Under the pieces are notes generated by a model. It was not told where the DNA came from. It saw only the letters and a list, made by a program, of their open reading frames with translations, and made no database searches. The translations under genes and the position numbers were made by a program. DNA of 64,000 nucleotides. Source: Eledone cirrhosa. Lineage: Eukaryota. The stretch covers positions 104,160,001-104,224,000 of the forward strand of contig OZ024740.1 in assembly GCA_964016885.1 (NCBI GenBank), written 5' to 3'. Position 1 is the stretch's first letter, and the number at the start of each line of letters is the position of its first letter. Shown one piece after another: positions 25,454-39,957 of the stretch.

Positions 25454-26091
25454 AAGAATTTTACGCAGCCTTTTTATTCAGTTGAACTTCACTGTTATTA
25501 CCACGTTGCCAACCTTTTCGCAACTTACGAAAATACAAAAAGAAGACAGAGAAATAATAAAGTGTTTATACCGTATTGACAAGGTATACAAACCAGCCAA
25601 ACATTTTTTCCAAGATGGCGTTGCTTTCCTTCCCCGTTTTGTAATTTTCCGCCAGGACAGGGACATTTTGGAATTGCGTGTGTGTTCCATATTTGATCAA
25701 GGGAAAAAAACTTTTTTGTGAACATTACTGCCCCGCAGGGGATATACATGCCTTACTTTTTTCTAAGGGATTTTTAGCCACAGGCTACCTATTGTTGATA
25801 TCCAACGTGGATATATTCTAAAACAAACATTTTTTTTTCTCTTTTTCACGGGTTATTTGATTTACTGGCCCGTTGAAGCAACACAAGGGGACAGACGTTG
25901 AAGGAAAATTAAAAAAAAAAAAAATATATATATGTATTTTATGTATTTTTCCTATTTCCTAATGTTTTGAATGTCTGTTTCTTTTTGACCTTTCATTTTT
26001 TTTCCAGTTTGGGTGTTTGCTTTTCCCTGTGCGAGGGTACATTAATTGCTGTTTATATATATATATTTTTTTTAATTTTAAACGTTTTACC

Positions 26092-26875
26092 ATGAATGCG
26101 CCACATTTGCCCGCCTTTACCGGAAAACCTAAGCTGTGGTTTGCCCAGTTAAGGCGTATTTTACGGTCTGTAAGACCGAGTCTGACCAGCGCCTCGCTGT
26201 CTTGATTAGCGGACTTCCCCCTAATCTAGCAGATTCGGTCCAAGACCTAATTACAGCCCCCCCCCCCCCCCCTCTGACTTAACGTTTCAGTCTTTAAAAG
26301 GCGAGATCTTGAGAAGGAACTGTAAGTCGGTAGAGAGTCGTTTTCGGTCATTGATCGAGGACGAACGATTAAGTGACAGGACCCCTACCGCTTTTCTCCG
26401 GTATTTGCGGGAATTGAGCGATTCCCAAGATCAGGATAGCCCTTTCCTGAAGCAATTGTTCTTCTCTCGCCTACCTCAAGAGGTACAGGCGATCCTAGCC
26501 CATATGCTAGAGGTAAATACCCTCGACCACATTGCTGTCTCTGCTGACAAAATTGTAGAAGTGACGAAGAGAGACACTTCGAAGCCAAAGTACGTTGCTT
26601 CCTCTTCTCTTCCTCAATCACGCTCATCAGCGAGTGATGAGAAATTAGTCACCACAATGGAAGCCATGACTCGTCAAATGGCGGAGTTGTGCCAGGAATT
26701 CAGGTCTTTTGGACGGCAGAGGAGCCGCTCACGAACTTATTCAACTCCTCGCCACCGTAGCCCTTCCAAAACACCAAAACCACCATATTGTTATTACCAT
26801 GACAAATATGGTGACAAAGCCGCCCGTTGTAGGCCTCCTTGTGCTTACATGGGAAACGACGACCAGAGTCACTAA
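26092..26875 (+). pseudogene. gag: Gypsy gag (frameshifted near 26150-26280)
   Basis: MNAPHLPAF..PKLWFAQL, L.DRTP..FLR.LREL, LFFSRLP, and C-terminal [18 protein letters not shown]. Confidence 0.85.
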
Positions 26876-29800
26876 CGGCGGATAGTGCGCTCTGCGAAAC
26901 ATCATCCAACCGCCACTTTCTCATTGAGGATCTGCTATCAGGTAGAGCCTTTCTGGTTGACACAGGTGCAGTTTGTTCAGTATGGCCTGTGTGTTGTATG
27001 AAGGAAACTCCCTCTGAGTCACCTATTGAGTTGCAGGCAGTAAATTGTTCGCCGATTCGAACTTTCGGACAAATCTCGCTACCTTTGCAGTTCCGTAATC
27101 TGCGGCGTGAGTTTAAATGGATATTTACTGTCGCTGCCTTGCCGTATCCGATTCTAGGCGCGGATTTTCTCCACCATTTTTCATTGACGGTGGACCTCCG
27201 TCGTAAACGCCTAATTGATGGTATCACTGGTTTAACTGTTGTTGGCAAGGCAGCAGGAGTTCCAACGGTTAGCCCGACCCTTTTTCTTGCTAACACCGGT
27301 GATACTTACCATGCGTTATTGAACTCGTCCCCGCAACTGACTCAGGGAAATTTTCGAGTTGATGAACCAACTCATACCACGGAGCACGTCATATCTACAA
27401 CTGGTGCTCCCGTTTTTTCTCGTCCTCGTCGCTTGCCTCCGGACAAACTCAAAGCAGCACGATCAGAGTTTGATCATATGCTGCAGTTGGGGATTATTCG
27501 TCCGTCCACGAGCCCGTGGGCGTCCCCATTACACATGGTACCGAAAGCGACTGACGATTGGAGACCTACTGGAGATTATCGACGCCTAAATTCGATAACG
27601 GAACCGGACCGTTATCCTATCCCTCATCTGCAAGACTTTGCGTCTTCGTTGAAGGGATGCAAGATATTCTCCAAACTGGATTTAATTCGTGCGTACCATC
27701 AAATTCCTGTCCATAAAAATGACATTCCAAAAACGGCTATAGTTACGCCATTTGGGTCATTTGAGTTTTTGACCATGCCGTTCGGATTAAGGAATGCCGC
27801 TAGTACGTTTCAGCGGTTTATGGATGAGGTTACTCGTGGCCTCGATTTCGTCTATACCTATATTGACGACCTGCTCATTGCTAGTTCTTCTCAAGAGCAA
27901 CATACGTACCATTTGAATCTTCTTTTCCGCCGATTGAAGGCGTATAACGTGCAGATTAATGCACCCAAATGTGTTTTTGGTGCTGAGTCACTGACTTTCT
28001 TGGGTCACGTCATCGATGCTGACGGTATTCGACCCCGGCCTGAGCGAGTTAAGGTCATAAAGGATTTGCCTCCACCGACCTCACTACGTCAGTTACGCCA
28101 GTTCTTAGGCCTGATTAACTTTTATAGGCGTTTCGTGCCAAATTGTGCAAGATTGCTTTTCTCCCTGACGGAGATTTTAAAAAATTGTCGGAAGAAGAAC
28201 AAAGACATTTCTTTGACCGAGACTCAACTTGCTGATTTTCAGCACGCCAAAACTGCTTTGGCTAATGCTTCGTTACTGACTCACCCGGTGCCCGGTGCAA
28301 AACTAACGCTTTGTGTTGATGCATCGGATATCGCTGTGGGCGCAGTGCTACAGCAAAACATCAATGGTTACCAGAAACCGCTGGAGTTTTTTTCCAGAAA
28401 GCTGAAACCTGCTGAGACGCGCTACAGCACCTTTGGAAGAAAGCTTTTGGCCATCTATTTGGCCGTGAAACATTTTCACATACGCTAGAGGGTAGACTAT
28501 TTACTATCCTCACTGACCATAAACCATTGACTTTTGCGTTGAGAGCGAAGGCTGATAAATACTCGCCCAGAGAGACGAGACACCTTGATTCCATCTCGCA
28601 ATATACGAATGATATCCAACACATTCCGGGTTCACTAAATACAGCGGCCGACGCTTTGTCCCGCTTACCCGTGACAGCGATCTCGTCACCCTCTGACATA
28701 GATCTGACTCGTTTGGCTGCGGATCAGCCTCCCCTTGAGTCATTGGATGTTACATCGCCCGAGTTTGCGAATTGCGAGATGAAATACTTGCCTCTGTCGA
28801 CTGCAGTTGGCCAAATTCTCTGCAACGTCTCTTTGGACGTGCCTAGGCCCTTCGTTCCAGAGAATCATCGTCGGACCGTGTTTCTGGCATTACATGGTTT
28901 CTCGCATCCAGGATCCTCTGCCACAGCAAAGCTCATATCAGCTAGATTTTTCTGGCCAAATATGAGGCGTGAGATTGTTGCTTGGTGCTGTTCCTGCGTC
29001 GCTTGCCAGAAATCAAAGGTCCATCGACACGTCAAGGCTCCCCTGGGTACCTTTACTAACCCAGATGCGCGTTTTTCGCACATTCATATTGATATAGTGG
29101 GACCTTGGCCTGTCAGCGATGCTTATTCTTATCTGCTGGCCATAATTGACCGTTTTTCGAGATGGCCTGAAGCCATCCCCTTGAAAAACATCACCGCTGA
29201 GACAACAGCGCGTGCTCTTATGTCTGGATGGATCTCTCGTTATGGAGTTCCATCCACAGTAACTACCGACCGTGGATGACAGTTCGAGTCGAGCCTTTTC
29301 CTCGAACTGTCAAAATTAATTGGTGCTAAACGCATCAAAACTACGGCGTACCATCCCGCTTTGAATGGTATGGTGGAGCGTTTTCACCGACAACTGAAGG
29401 CCTCCTTAATGGCCTCAATGGACTCGGCGCATTGGAGCGAGTACCTCCCTATTGTGCTACTAGGGATTCGGTCAACGGTGAAGGTCGACTTTGGATTTTC
29501 ACCGGCCGAAGTACTGTACGGTGCCCCTCTGACGTTGCCCGGGCAAATGCTTTCCCCTATCGATCTTGATGCCCAAGATCACGCTTCCTACGTGTCCCGT
29601 TTGCGCTCCTATTTCCAGGATTTGCCGCCAATGGACACTAGGAAACAAACTGTCAAGACTGATGTCCCTAGGGATGTTGCCTCGTGGACGCATGTCTTTG
29701 TAAGGAAAGATTCTGTGAAGCCCCCGCTTACACAGCCTTACACTGGACATTACCGTGTCTTAGCGCGCTCGGCTAAGCATTTCACTTTAGATATTAAAGG

Positions 29801-30032
29801 GTCCAGGGAGACAGTTACAATAGACAGGCTTAAGCAGGCACACCTTGACACGGACGCTGTGGTTCCTGATCCACGAACCCCTTCGTATTTGCCTGTTGAG
29901 CGAATGCCTGTTCCTGAATCACCATCATCGCCTGTCCCTACACCACCACCATCGCCACATTACAAGACCACGACCCGTTCAGGTCGTAGGGTCCACTGGC
30001 CCAAAAATTTTTGCAGCACCGTCTATATTTAG
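26839..30032 (+). pseudogene. pol: Gypsy pol (protease, RT, RNase H, integrase), with a frameshift at ~28488 and a nonsense codon at 29277
   Basis: LVDTGA, SPWASP, YIDDLL, DASD, H..SHPG...C..CQ, HIDIVGP, TTDRG*QFES, NGMVERFHR. Confidence 0.93.
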
Positions 30033-30851
30033 ACTATGTTAGCTGCACCTTTTTTTTGCCTCTGTGTTTCTGTTTTTTTTTCTTTGCCTGTTTTTTATGC
30101 ATGCATGTTGTTTTTTTTTAACATTTTTCAAATCCTTATTTTGGATTTAATGATTGGTAGAGCGAATAGCTCCCCCTTGTTGCATTGTTCGCCATCTTAC
30201 TCCAGGTGTCAGTAATAACAGCGATTTTCGATGATTTGAAAATCTGGCAGGGGATACTGTAGTAAGACGCCTCACGCCCCCTGGCGGATAATAGAACAAC
30301 CCTAGTTGTCTCCCCATGGTTGAGAACACCAGAGGTAAACATAGACAGCCACGGGAAAAGCAGACGGAACACACACCACAGAAAACAGCCTCTCTACCAC
30401 GAAACGATAAACAGCCAAGGGAACAGCAAACAGCAAACCCCACAATACCTTCGTAATTGTAATACGCTCTTTTCACCACAACTGACCGCGTCTATATTTG
30501 GTATGTTCCATTTGTAATATAATAAACACATATAAACAAAATAAACATCACCATTATTTACATTTGTTGAATATAACTCTCGTTGTGGTTATTGTCTTGT
30601 TTACGCACACACCCAGTCACTTTGTTATAATTCTCACTTACAAAAATGGTAAATAGACGAGGGACCTTCCCTCACGTCTATGTCGATAAACAATCCAACT
30701 AGGATACTTCATTTTACCACAGGTTTATTGACTTTTGAAATATAATCGAACAAGTTGGGCATGTATGAAAAAAAGTGGACAGCAACACCTGTGGGACTTG
30801 ATCTCGTACCTGCCATTGCCAGATGGCCGTGTACACACGCACACATGTATG

Positions 30852-31030
<179 letters not shown>

Positions 31031-31053
31031 GTATATATATATATATATATATA

Positions 31054-32371
<1,318 letters not shown>

Positions 32372-32397
32372 AATATATATATATGTATATATATATG

Positions 32398-32428
<31 letters not shown>

Positions 32429-32433
32429 GTATA

Positions 32434-32650
<217 letters not shown>

Positions 32651-33319
32651 TTAGAAACACACAGATACATGCGGACACACACATATATACATGAATGCAT
32701 CTTCACCCAACTGTGAGTTAAGGGTGCCGACTTCACCGATGTTGCTCAATGAATGACTGGGACAGACCAATTCAGTTGAACCAGACTGAACCAGTATCAG
32801 AGTTAAAAATACATTATGAAGAGAGAAGAAACATTTAGATATAATTAGTAATAAAATGTATCATACCTAAACTGCTCCTAAATTCCCCGACTACGTAGTT
32901 TCGTGGCATAAACAAAAACAATATATCAAAGATATAGAGTCCTTGCGAGGTCTGCCGACTTATCAAGAGGATACCTCATTTTACTAGTCTCAAGAACGCG
33001 TCTACACGACGTGAGAAAGAATCCCAAAAGGCGGAGGGGGAGATAGTCATGCGATATAACGGTCGAGAAACAGAGCTAAGCCTCTTATAACCACGAAGAA
33101 AATACCACGGAGGCGGAGGGGGTATTCATATCGAGGCCGTAGAAGAGGTAGTGAAGAAGGCGAGAAGTATGAGTAATGGAAGCTTTCCAGTTGTCCCCAC
33201 ACCTCAAAGATTGCTCGACCAGAGGGAGTTATTAATATATTTAGAAACACACAGATACATGCGGACACACACAGTTTAGGTATTACTAATTATATCTAAA
33301 TGTTTCTTCTCTCTTCATA

Positions 33320-33323
<4 letters not shown>
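32651..33323. repeat. TA-embedded element with terminal direct repeat and inverted segment
   Basis: ttagaaacacacagatacatgcggacacacaca at 32651 and 33241. 33272-33323 is the inverse of ~32811-32873. Confidence 0.8.
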
Positions 33324-33412
<89 letters not shown>

Positions 33413-33413
33413 A

Positions 33414-33737
33414 AATTTTACTGTAAAAAATCACTTCACTTGTTCATCAAAAAATCTAATTTATGCCATTAAATGTAAAGGATGCAATGAAGATTATATA
33501 GGACAAACTAAACTCACACTCAGAAACAGAATGACAGTTCATCGCCAACAATTACGAGATCCAACCACGAGACAGATACCACTAAGTGCACATCTAGACA
33601 TTTGCGCAAGTAATAAGACACCCAAATTCCAAGTCTTCCCATTTTACCTTTGCGCTAACAATACAACAGAACAAATACGAATAAATAAGGAAAATATGTT
33701 TATTCAAAAATATAGACCAGCATTAAATATGGTTTAA
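33414..33737 (+). CDS. Penelope-like element GIY-YIG endonuclease domain (5'-truncated, open frame)
   Basis: Frame upstream of ORF 33531 reads NFTVKNHFTCSSKNLIYAIKCKGCNEDYIGQTKLTLRNRMTVHRQQ...HL...KENMFIQKYRPALN, giving LIY..CxxC..YIG, R, H, E and N motifs. Confidence 0.88.
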   Translation, partial: NFTVKNHFTCSSKNLIYAIKCKGCNEDYIGQTKLTLRNRMTVHRQQLRDPTTRQIPLSAHLDICASNKTPKFQVFPFYLCANNTTEQIRINKENMFIQKYRPALNMV

Positions 33738-33945
33738 TATACATTATGTCAACACCATAATATGACATACACACACACACATAACACCTTCTACTTTAGA
33801 AAATAAAAACTCGAACTAGATAAACCTTAACATACGTTTGCACTGACAATACAACAGAACAAATACGAATAAGTAAGGAAAATATGTTCATTCAAAAATA
33901 TTCCTACTAAAGGAATCATTTTCCTACACACACACACACACACAC

Positions 33946-33992
<47 letters not shown>

Positions 33993-34257
33993 TCTTCATC
34001 TTAACATGCTAACCATACTCCCACACACATAACACCCATACACACACATAACAACCCCCACACCCACAATTCCCTCCCCCATTTCTACTAATAGAACCAC
34101 TTTCCTACACACATATATACACACACACAAAATATATATTCTCTCCATCTTAACATACTCGCACACACACACATAACACCCATATACACACACACACAAC
34201 TCCCTCCCCCATTTCTACTAATAGAATCATCTTCCAATACACACACACACACACACA

Positions 34258-34288
<31 letters not shown>

Positions 34289-35144
34289 CGCAAGCACACA
34301 AATAAACATACATATCTTTACTTCAATAGAAAATCTGAACTCTGACACCCCAGCGAACTAACCATATTCACTGAACCAGAACAATTCTCCCAATCCCATT
34401 TCTCTTGACCACTATCTTTCCCTTGTCATAACATTCTCTATAAAGGCTACAGAATAGATTTCAAAATAAGGGCACGAAAATGTAATGAAAACTTGTTCAC
34501 GTGACAGCCAAATTTCATTTATAAACAATCAAATCACGTTTATTAAAAAAAAGCCTTCGTGAGCCACCTTTTTTTAAGTAAAGAAATTCAAACACACACA
34601 CACACAACACACACACACAACACACACACACAAGCACACAAATAAACATACATATCTTTACTTTCTTTATTCAATAGAAAATCTGAATTCTGACACCCCA
34701 GCGAACTAACCATATTCACTGAACCAGAACAATTCTCCCATCCCTTTCTCTTGACCATTATCTTTCACTTATCATAAAATTCTCTAAAAAGGCTACAGAA
34801 TGGATTTCCAAATAAGGGTACGAAAATTTAATGAAAACTTTTTCACGTGACAGCCATAATTTCATTTATAACCAACCAAAAAAAAGCCTTCGTGAGCCCC
34901 TTTTTTCAAGTAAAAAGAAATTCAAACACTCATATATGAAAAAACAACCTGTGACAACCCCCCCCTCTTATTTGAAGAACTATTGTAACGCGAACTGGCG
35001 CGAAAATTGTTATAATTATTGACAAACCAATCAAATTACTTCTCGAAAAACCTGGCATTTCGAGCCACTTTTTCCATATAAAACAAGTAACATTCAGAGA
35101 CCAACCAGATGTGAGAAAAACCACAGACACTCCATCTCAACTCA

Positions 35145-35182
35145 CCTTTTGAAAAGCAGAAGAACTGCGAAACCGGTAAAGG
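35145..35182 (+). ncRNA. Decayed minimal hammerhead of the Penelope-like element
   Basis: cctt (T)TGAA(A)A gcag-aagaa-ctgc GAAA c-cg-g TA aagg. All stems are intact, with two core substitutions. Confidence 0.65.
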
Positions 35183-35318
35183 AACCAAATAAATATATAT
35201 ATATTTTTTTTAAATAAGACTCCAGTTGCATTTTCGATTTCATCTCTTTTTCTTTATACTTTCACTCGTGTAGGACACCTCGGTTATTTTTCAATTTGTA
35301 AAAAAAACCTCACTTTCT

Positions 35319-35349
<31 letters not shown>

Positions 35350-35369
35350 GTGTATATATATATATATGT

Positions 35370-35762
<393 letters not shown>

Positions 35763-35766
35763 AAAT

Positions 35767-35877
<111 letters not shown>

Positions 35878-35986
35878 CACGCACACACACACATATATAA
35901 ATGTATAATCGAAATAATTTTATAGTTATAGTCAATTCAATAGATACATACAAGCACATTTCTAGCTTTATTTGCTACGTACACTA

Positions 35987-38553
35987 TGTAGTGACCTACA
36001 TTCCGCGGGCTCACATGCATTCTCTGTGCGTGATTTGGCTCGGCTCGGCCAATCAACACCAGGTGAAGAGGATGTATCCCTACGCGCCCTGGGGGATTGT
36101 GGTGACCTACATTCCGCGGGCTCACAGACATTCTCTGTGCGTGATTTGGCTCAGCTCGGCCAATCAGCGCCAGTAGAAGAGGATGTATCCCTACGCGTCC
36201 TGAGGGGAGAGAGTACCCGCGAAGATTTGAAGAATCTCTCTCTTGCAGCTCGACCGCGCTAAGGTAAACAACTACTTTTCTTTCGCCGTGAAATCACTAG
36301 CCAATATGTAACACAACAATTTAACCACGGCCTGGCAACACTTAAACAGCCAGTAGACCGTGCCTTTCTGAAATCTTAATAGCGTTTGTTTTATTTCTCT
36401 TGGCATGCCAGCTCAACCTTTGTTAATAAATAATGTAAAACATGCTAAAGTCGTTGTCCATATTCCTATCATATCTTTCTACCAAAGGTGGTTCCTCGTG
36501 GCAACATTACAACTTCTAAATACTTTTCTGCTAAACTGGTGACCCTGACGTAAGAATTTTACGCAGCCTTCTGTTCAATGCAACTTACGAAAATACAAAA
36601 TATCCCTTTTAAAATTGTAAAAAAATTAGCAGTATTTCAAAAACTTTTCGCCACGAGGAAATTTCAAGATGGCTACCGACAAGTCCTGTCTACAATCAAC
36701 AACGACAACAGCAGCAGCGACAACATTGTTTAACCACTAACCAACAACAGGGAATAGTGAGATGGCAGCTTCGTGGCCTTACCGACGCAATCCACCAAAC
36801 ATCATATTGTTTACTTCCACGCTTTCACCTGTTCTATCGTCTCTACCGTTAAAAAAAAGAAATAAAATATGGAAGTATTTTTTTTTTTCAAAGAACAACA
36901 CGTGGTTTAACATTTATGAACTCGCCAACGACAACATCTTGGGAAAAAAAAATTGGGAAAAAAAAATTGGCTGTATTTTCAAAATTATAGCCCGGAGACA
37001 TTTTTCCTGCAATACAAACAAGCAACACAACCTTATGTCACACAAGGTGGCAGGACGGTAAAATGGCCACGAAAACTCTCAAAAACAATATACATCTAAC
37101 CCCTAGTGGCATTAACAAACTTCTTTTTCAGTTTTCAGATAGAACTAGTGTCAGAAAGTCTGTACACTGGTGATGTGTGAACTATTTGACTTTGAAAAAC
37201 TTTGAACTTATCATTGAGCATTAATTTCTCTTCTCCCTTATATTGACTTTGAATTATCAGTTTGTTACATTCACATTTTTCTTTGTAGAATGCATTTGCT
37301 TGTTTTGTGCTCTTTTGCTATTTGCTTGCTCATGGTTTTTGTTCATTCACATTCTTTGCTGTTTTACATGCCTGCATATGCACACATTTCTCTGTCCTTT
37401 CCTTTGTTCTTTTCAAAGCAACCAGCCATTTTTTCATGGCTCCCTAGCACATTCGGCAATACATCTGGGAGGCCAACATTTTCTCGCCTACCCATCATCT
37501 TCTTGCCAGCACTGGTAAACTGCCATAATAGCTTCGTCCACAGCTACTGATACAACACTTACCATTAACATTTAATGCAAGAACGGCAACTTCGCCCATG
37601 TCAGACTTTATCCGTTTTCTGTTAGACCTTTGGTGGTCACGTATGAACTACAAAACAGCTAGTCATTTGACACAGCGGCTCAACACGTAACATTACGGCT
37701 GTTGCCAGTTTAAATGCATTTCATTGTTCAGTGCATTTTTGTAACCTTGCTACTTGTGGCATTTTCATTGCCTAGCACGATTTTTTTGTTTATCGCATAT
37801 GGGGCCCCGTTACTGCGAATGGTATTTTTTAATGCATTTTGCATTTATTGCTGTACATTTTTCCGTATTAATGCTTGCATGCATGTACCTATTTCTCTTT
37901 CCGATGCTTCGTTTTGAAACATACTTCCACATTTTGTAAACTGTACCTTGTGGGTCCTTGGCTTCATCGTTAACGATTTTCGGCTAAAAATCTGCCCGGA
38001 GATGATGTAGTGACCTACATTCCGCGGGCTCACATGCATTCTCTGTGCGTGATTTGGCTCGGCTCGGCCAATCAGCACCAGGAGAAGAAGATATATCCCT
38101 ACGCCCCCTGGGGGATTGTGGTGACCTACATTCCGCGGGCTCACAGACATTCTCTGTGCGTGATTTGGCTCAGCTCGGCCAATCAGCGCCAGTAGAAGAG
38201 GATGTATCCCTACGCGTCCTGAGGGGAGAGAGTACCCGCGAAGATTTGAAGAATCTCTCTCTTGCAGCTCGACCGCGCTAAGGTAAACAACTACTTTTCT
38301 TTCGCCGTGAAATCACTAGCCAATATGTAACACAACAATTTAACCACGGCCTGGCAACACTTAAACAGCCAGTAGACCGTGCCTTTCTGAAATCTTAATT
38401 CATTTGTTTTATTTCTCTTGGCATGCCAGCTCAACCTTTGTTAATAAATAATGTAAAACATGCTAAAGTCGTTGTCCATATTCCTATCATATCTTTCTAC
38501 CAAAGGTGGTTCCTCGTGGCAACATTACAACTTCTAAATACTTTTCTGCTAAA
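35987..38553 (+). mobile_element. Non-autonomous non-coding LTR retroelement (TRIM/LARD-like)
   Basis: LTRs 35987-36535 and 38006-38553, TSD ACTA, PBS tggtgaccctgacgt at 36537, and a ~1.47-kb interior without gag/pol motifs. Confidence 0.9.
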
Positions 38554-38560
38554 ACTACAT

Positions 38561-38620
<60 letters not shown>

Positions 38621-38885
38621 TTATATGTATGTGTGTGTATGTATATACATATATTTACAAATATATGTTCATACATCTGACAAAGGAACGTAATGAATCA
38701 AAGCAAGCTGTACTGAAGAACATCCACGTAACCCATGTAAGCATAAAAAAGGGACTATAAAATGATGATGATGATGACATGTTTCTCCAAAATGGCTGCC
38801 TGAACACACTCAAGCTTTTTCTCAAAAAAATCCGTTTCTATTTCTTCCTCTTCTCACTTCTCTATCTTTCTATTTCTTTTTCTAG

Positions 38886-38920
38886 CTTCGGATGAAAGAC
38901 TGGTGTCCGAAACGTTAAGA
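38886..38920 (+). ncRNA. Decayed hammerhead motif (family of 20956-20991)
   Basis: ctt C(G)GATGA aagac-tggt-gtcc GAAA cg TT aaga. Confidence 0.55.
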
Positions 38921-39957
38921 CTCTTTTTCTACGATATTAAGCATTAAACTATAATATTTCTTCATTCTACTGTATTTTTGCTTTGTTGTTTTTGTCTTCT
39001 TTCCGCACACCTAATTGGTTTCTTTAGCTGGATATCCTTAATGTCAATCATTTTACAAAGCGTACCGGATGCATAGAAATGGGGCCATAAAATGATGTTG
39101 ATTATATGTATGTATTGTTTCTTCGGCTGGAAGTCCTTCTTAATGTCAATCACTTTACAGAGTGTACTGGGTGCATTTCATCGTTGCACCTGCAGTAGGG
39201 AGGTTGTCACATCTTTGATACAACTAAAGAGGCCTTTACGTTTCAACGACTGGATACCTTTCGAGCTTGTACACATAAAGAAATACACACACACACACAC
39301 GTGGACTCAAGATATAAACAGATGGCTATACTCATACGTAAACTTCTAGCATACACATCATTAAAACATCTGAGTATGTTTTGGGTGTTTATGCACTTGT
39401 GTGATTATGGGTGTGTATGTGCATGCATGCAGTTGTGTGTGTGTATATATGTGTGTATATGTATGTGTATGTATGTGTATTGTAGTATTGTCTCAGGAAA
39501 TTAATCAATGTCACTGTAGCTGTTGTTTTTGTTATTTTTTTGTTGGTACTGTTTTTATTGATATTGTTACAGATGTCAGTAAGAACTAGTTTGTATTCAA
39601 CAACTACAACCACAAACTTTAGGTAGTGTTCTTGCCATTGATATAGTTGTTAATTTCTTGTTGTCGTTATTTTGTAGTAGTAGTTGTTGTTAAAGATGTC
39701 AGTAAGAACTAGTTTGCATACAACAACTACAACCATAAAGTAAAGATGTAACTTCAAAGGAATGTCACTTGTGTTGCAAAATCAAAGGAGTGGTAACCCT
39801 GTAAAATAGTGTGTAGTACATGTCTGTTGCTCCCTTATCAGGAAATCTGTTACTACTTTTTATTTTCTTTGATCTAACTACCTCTCGCTTTTCCTTCATT
39901 CAGCATTTATTTACCCTCTGCAAATATTCTTAATATTCTAACATCTGACCTTGCTAC

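Larger units (their letters stand above)
24980..30721 (+). mobile_element. Full-length Ty3/Gypsy LTR retrotransposon (coding regions disrupted)
   Basis: LTRs 24980-25439 and 30258-30721 (TG...CA, near identical), 4-bp TSD GGTT, PBS at 25441, PPT ggcagggga before the 3' LTR, and domain order PR-RT-RH-IN. Confidence 0.95.
33414..35197 (+). mobile_element. 5'-truncated Penelope-like retroelement: EN, repetitive 3' region and decayed hammerhead, joined to (TA)n
   Basis: GIY-YIG frame, internal duplications (~34290-34590 vs ~34630-34930), hammerhead at 35145-35182, then AATAAA. Confidence 0.7.

Noticed and set aside
26700-27296. 198-aa antisense ORF in the Gypsy element, and similar antisense ORFs in the RTEs
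   Set aside because: Shadow ORFs opposite real coding sequence with no recognisable motifs.
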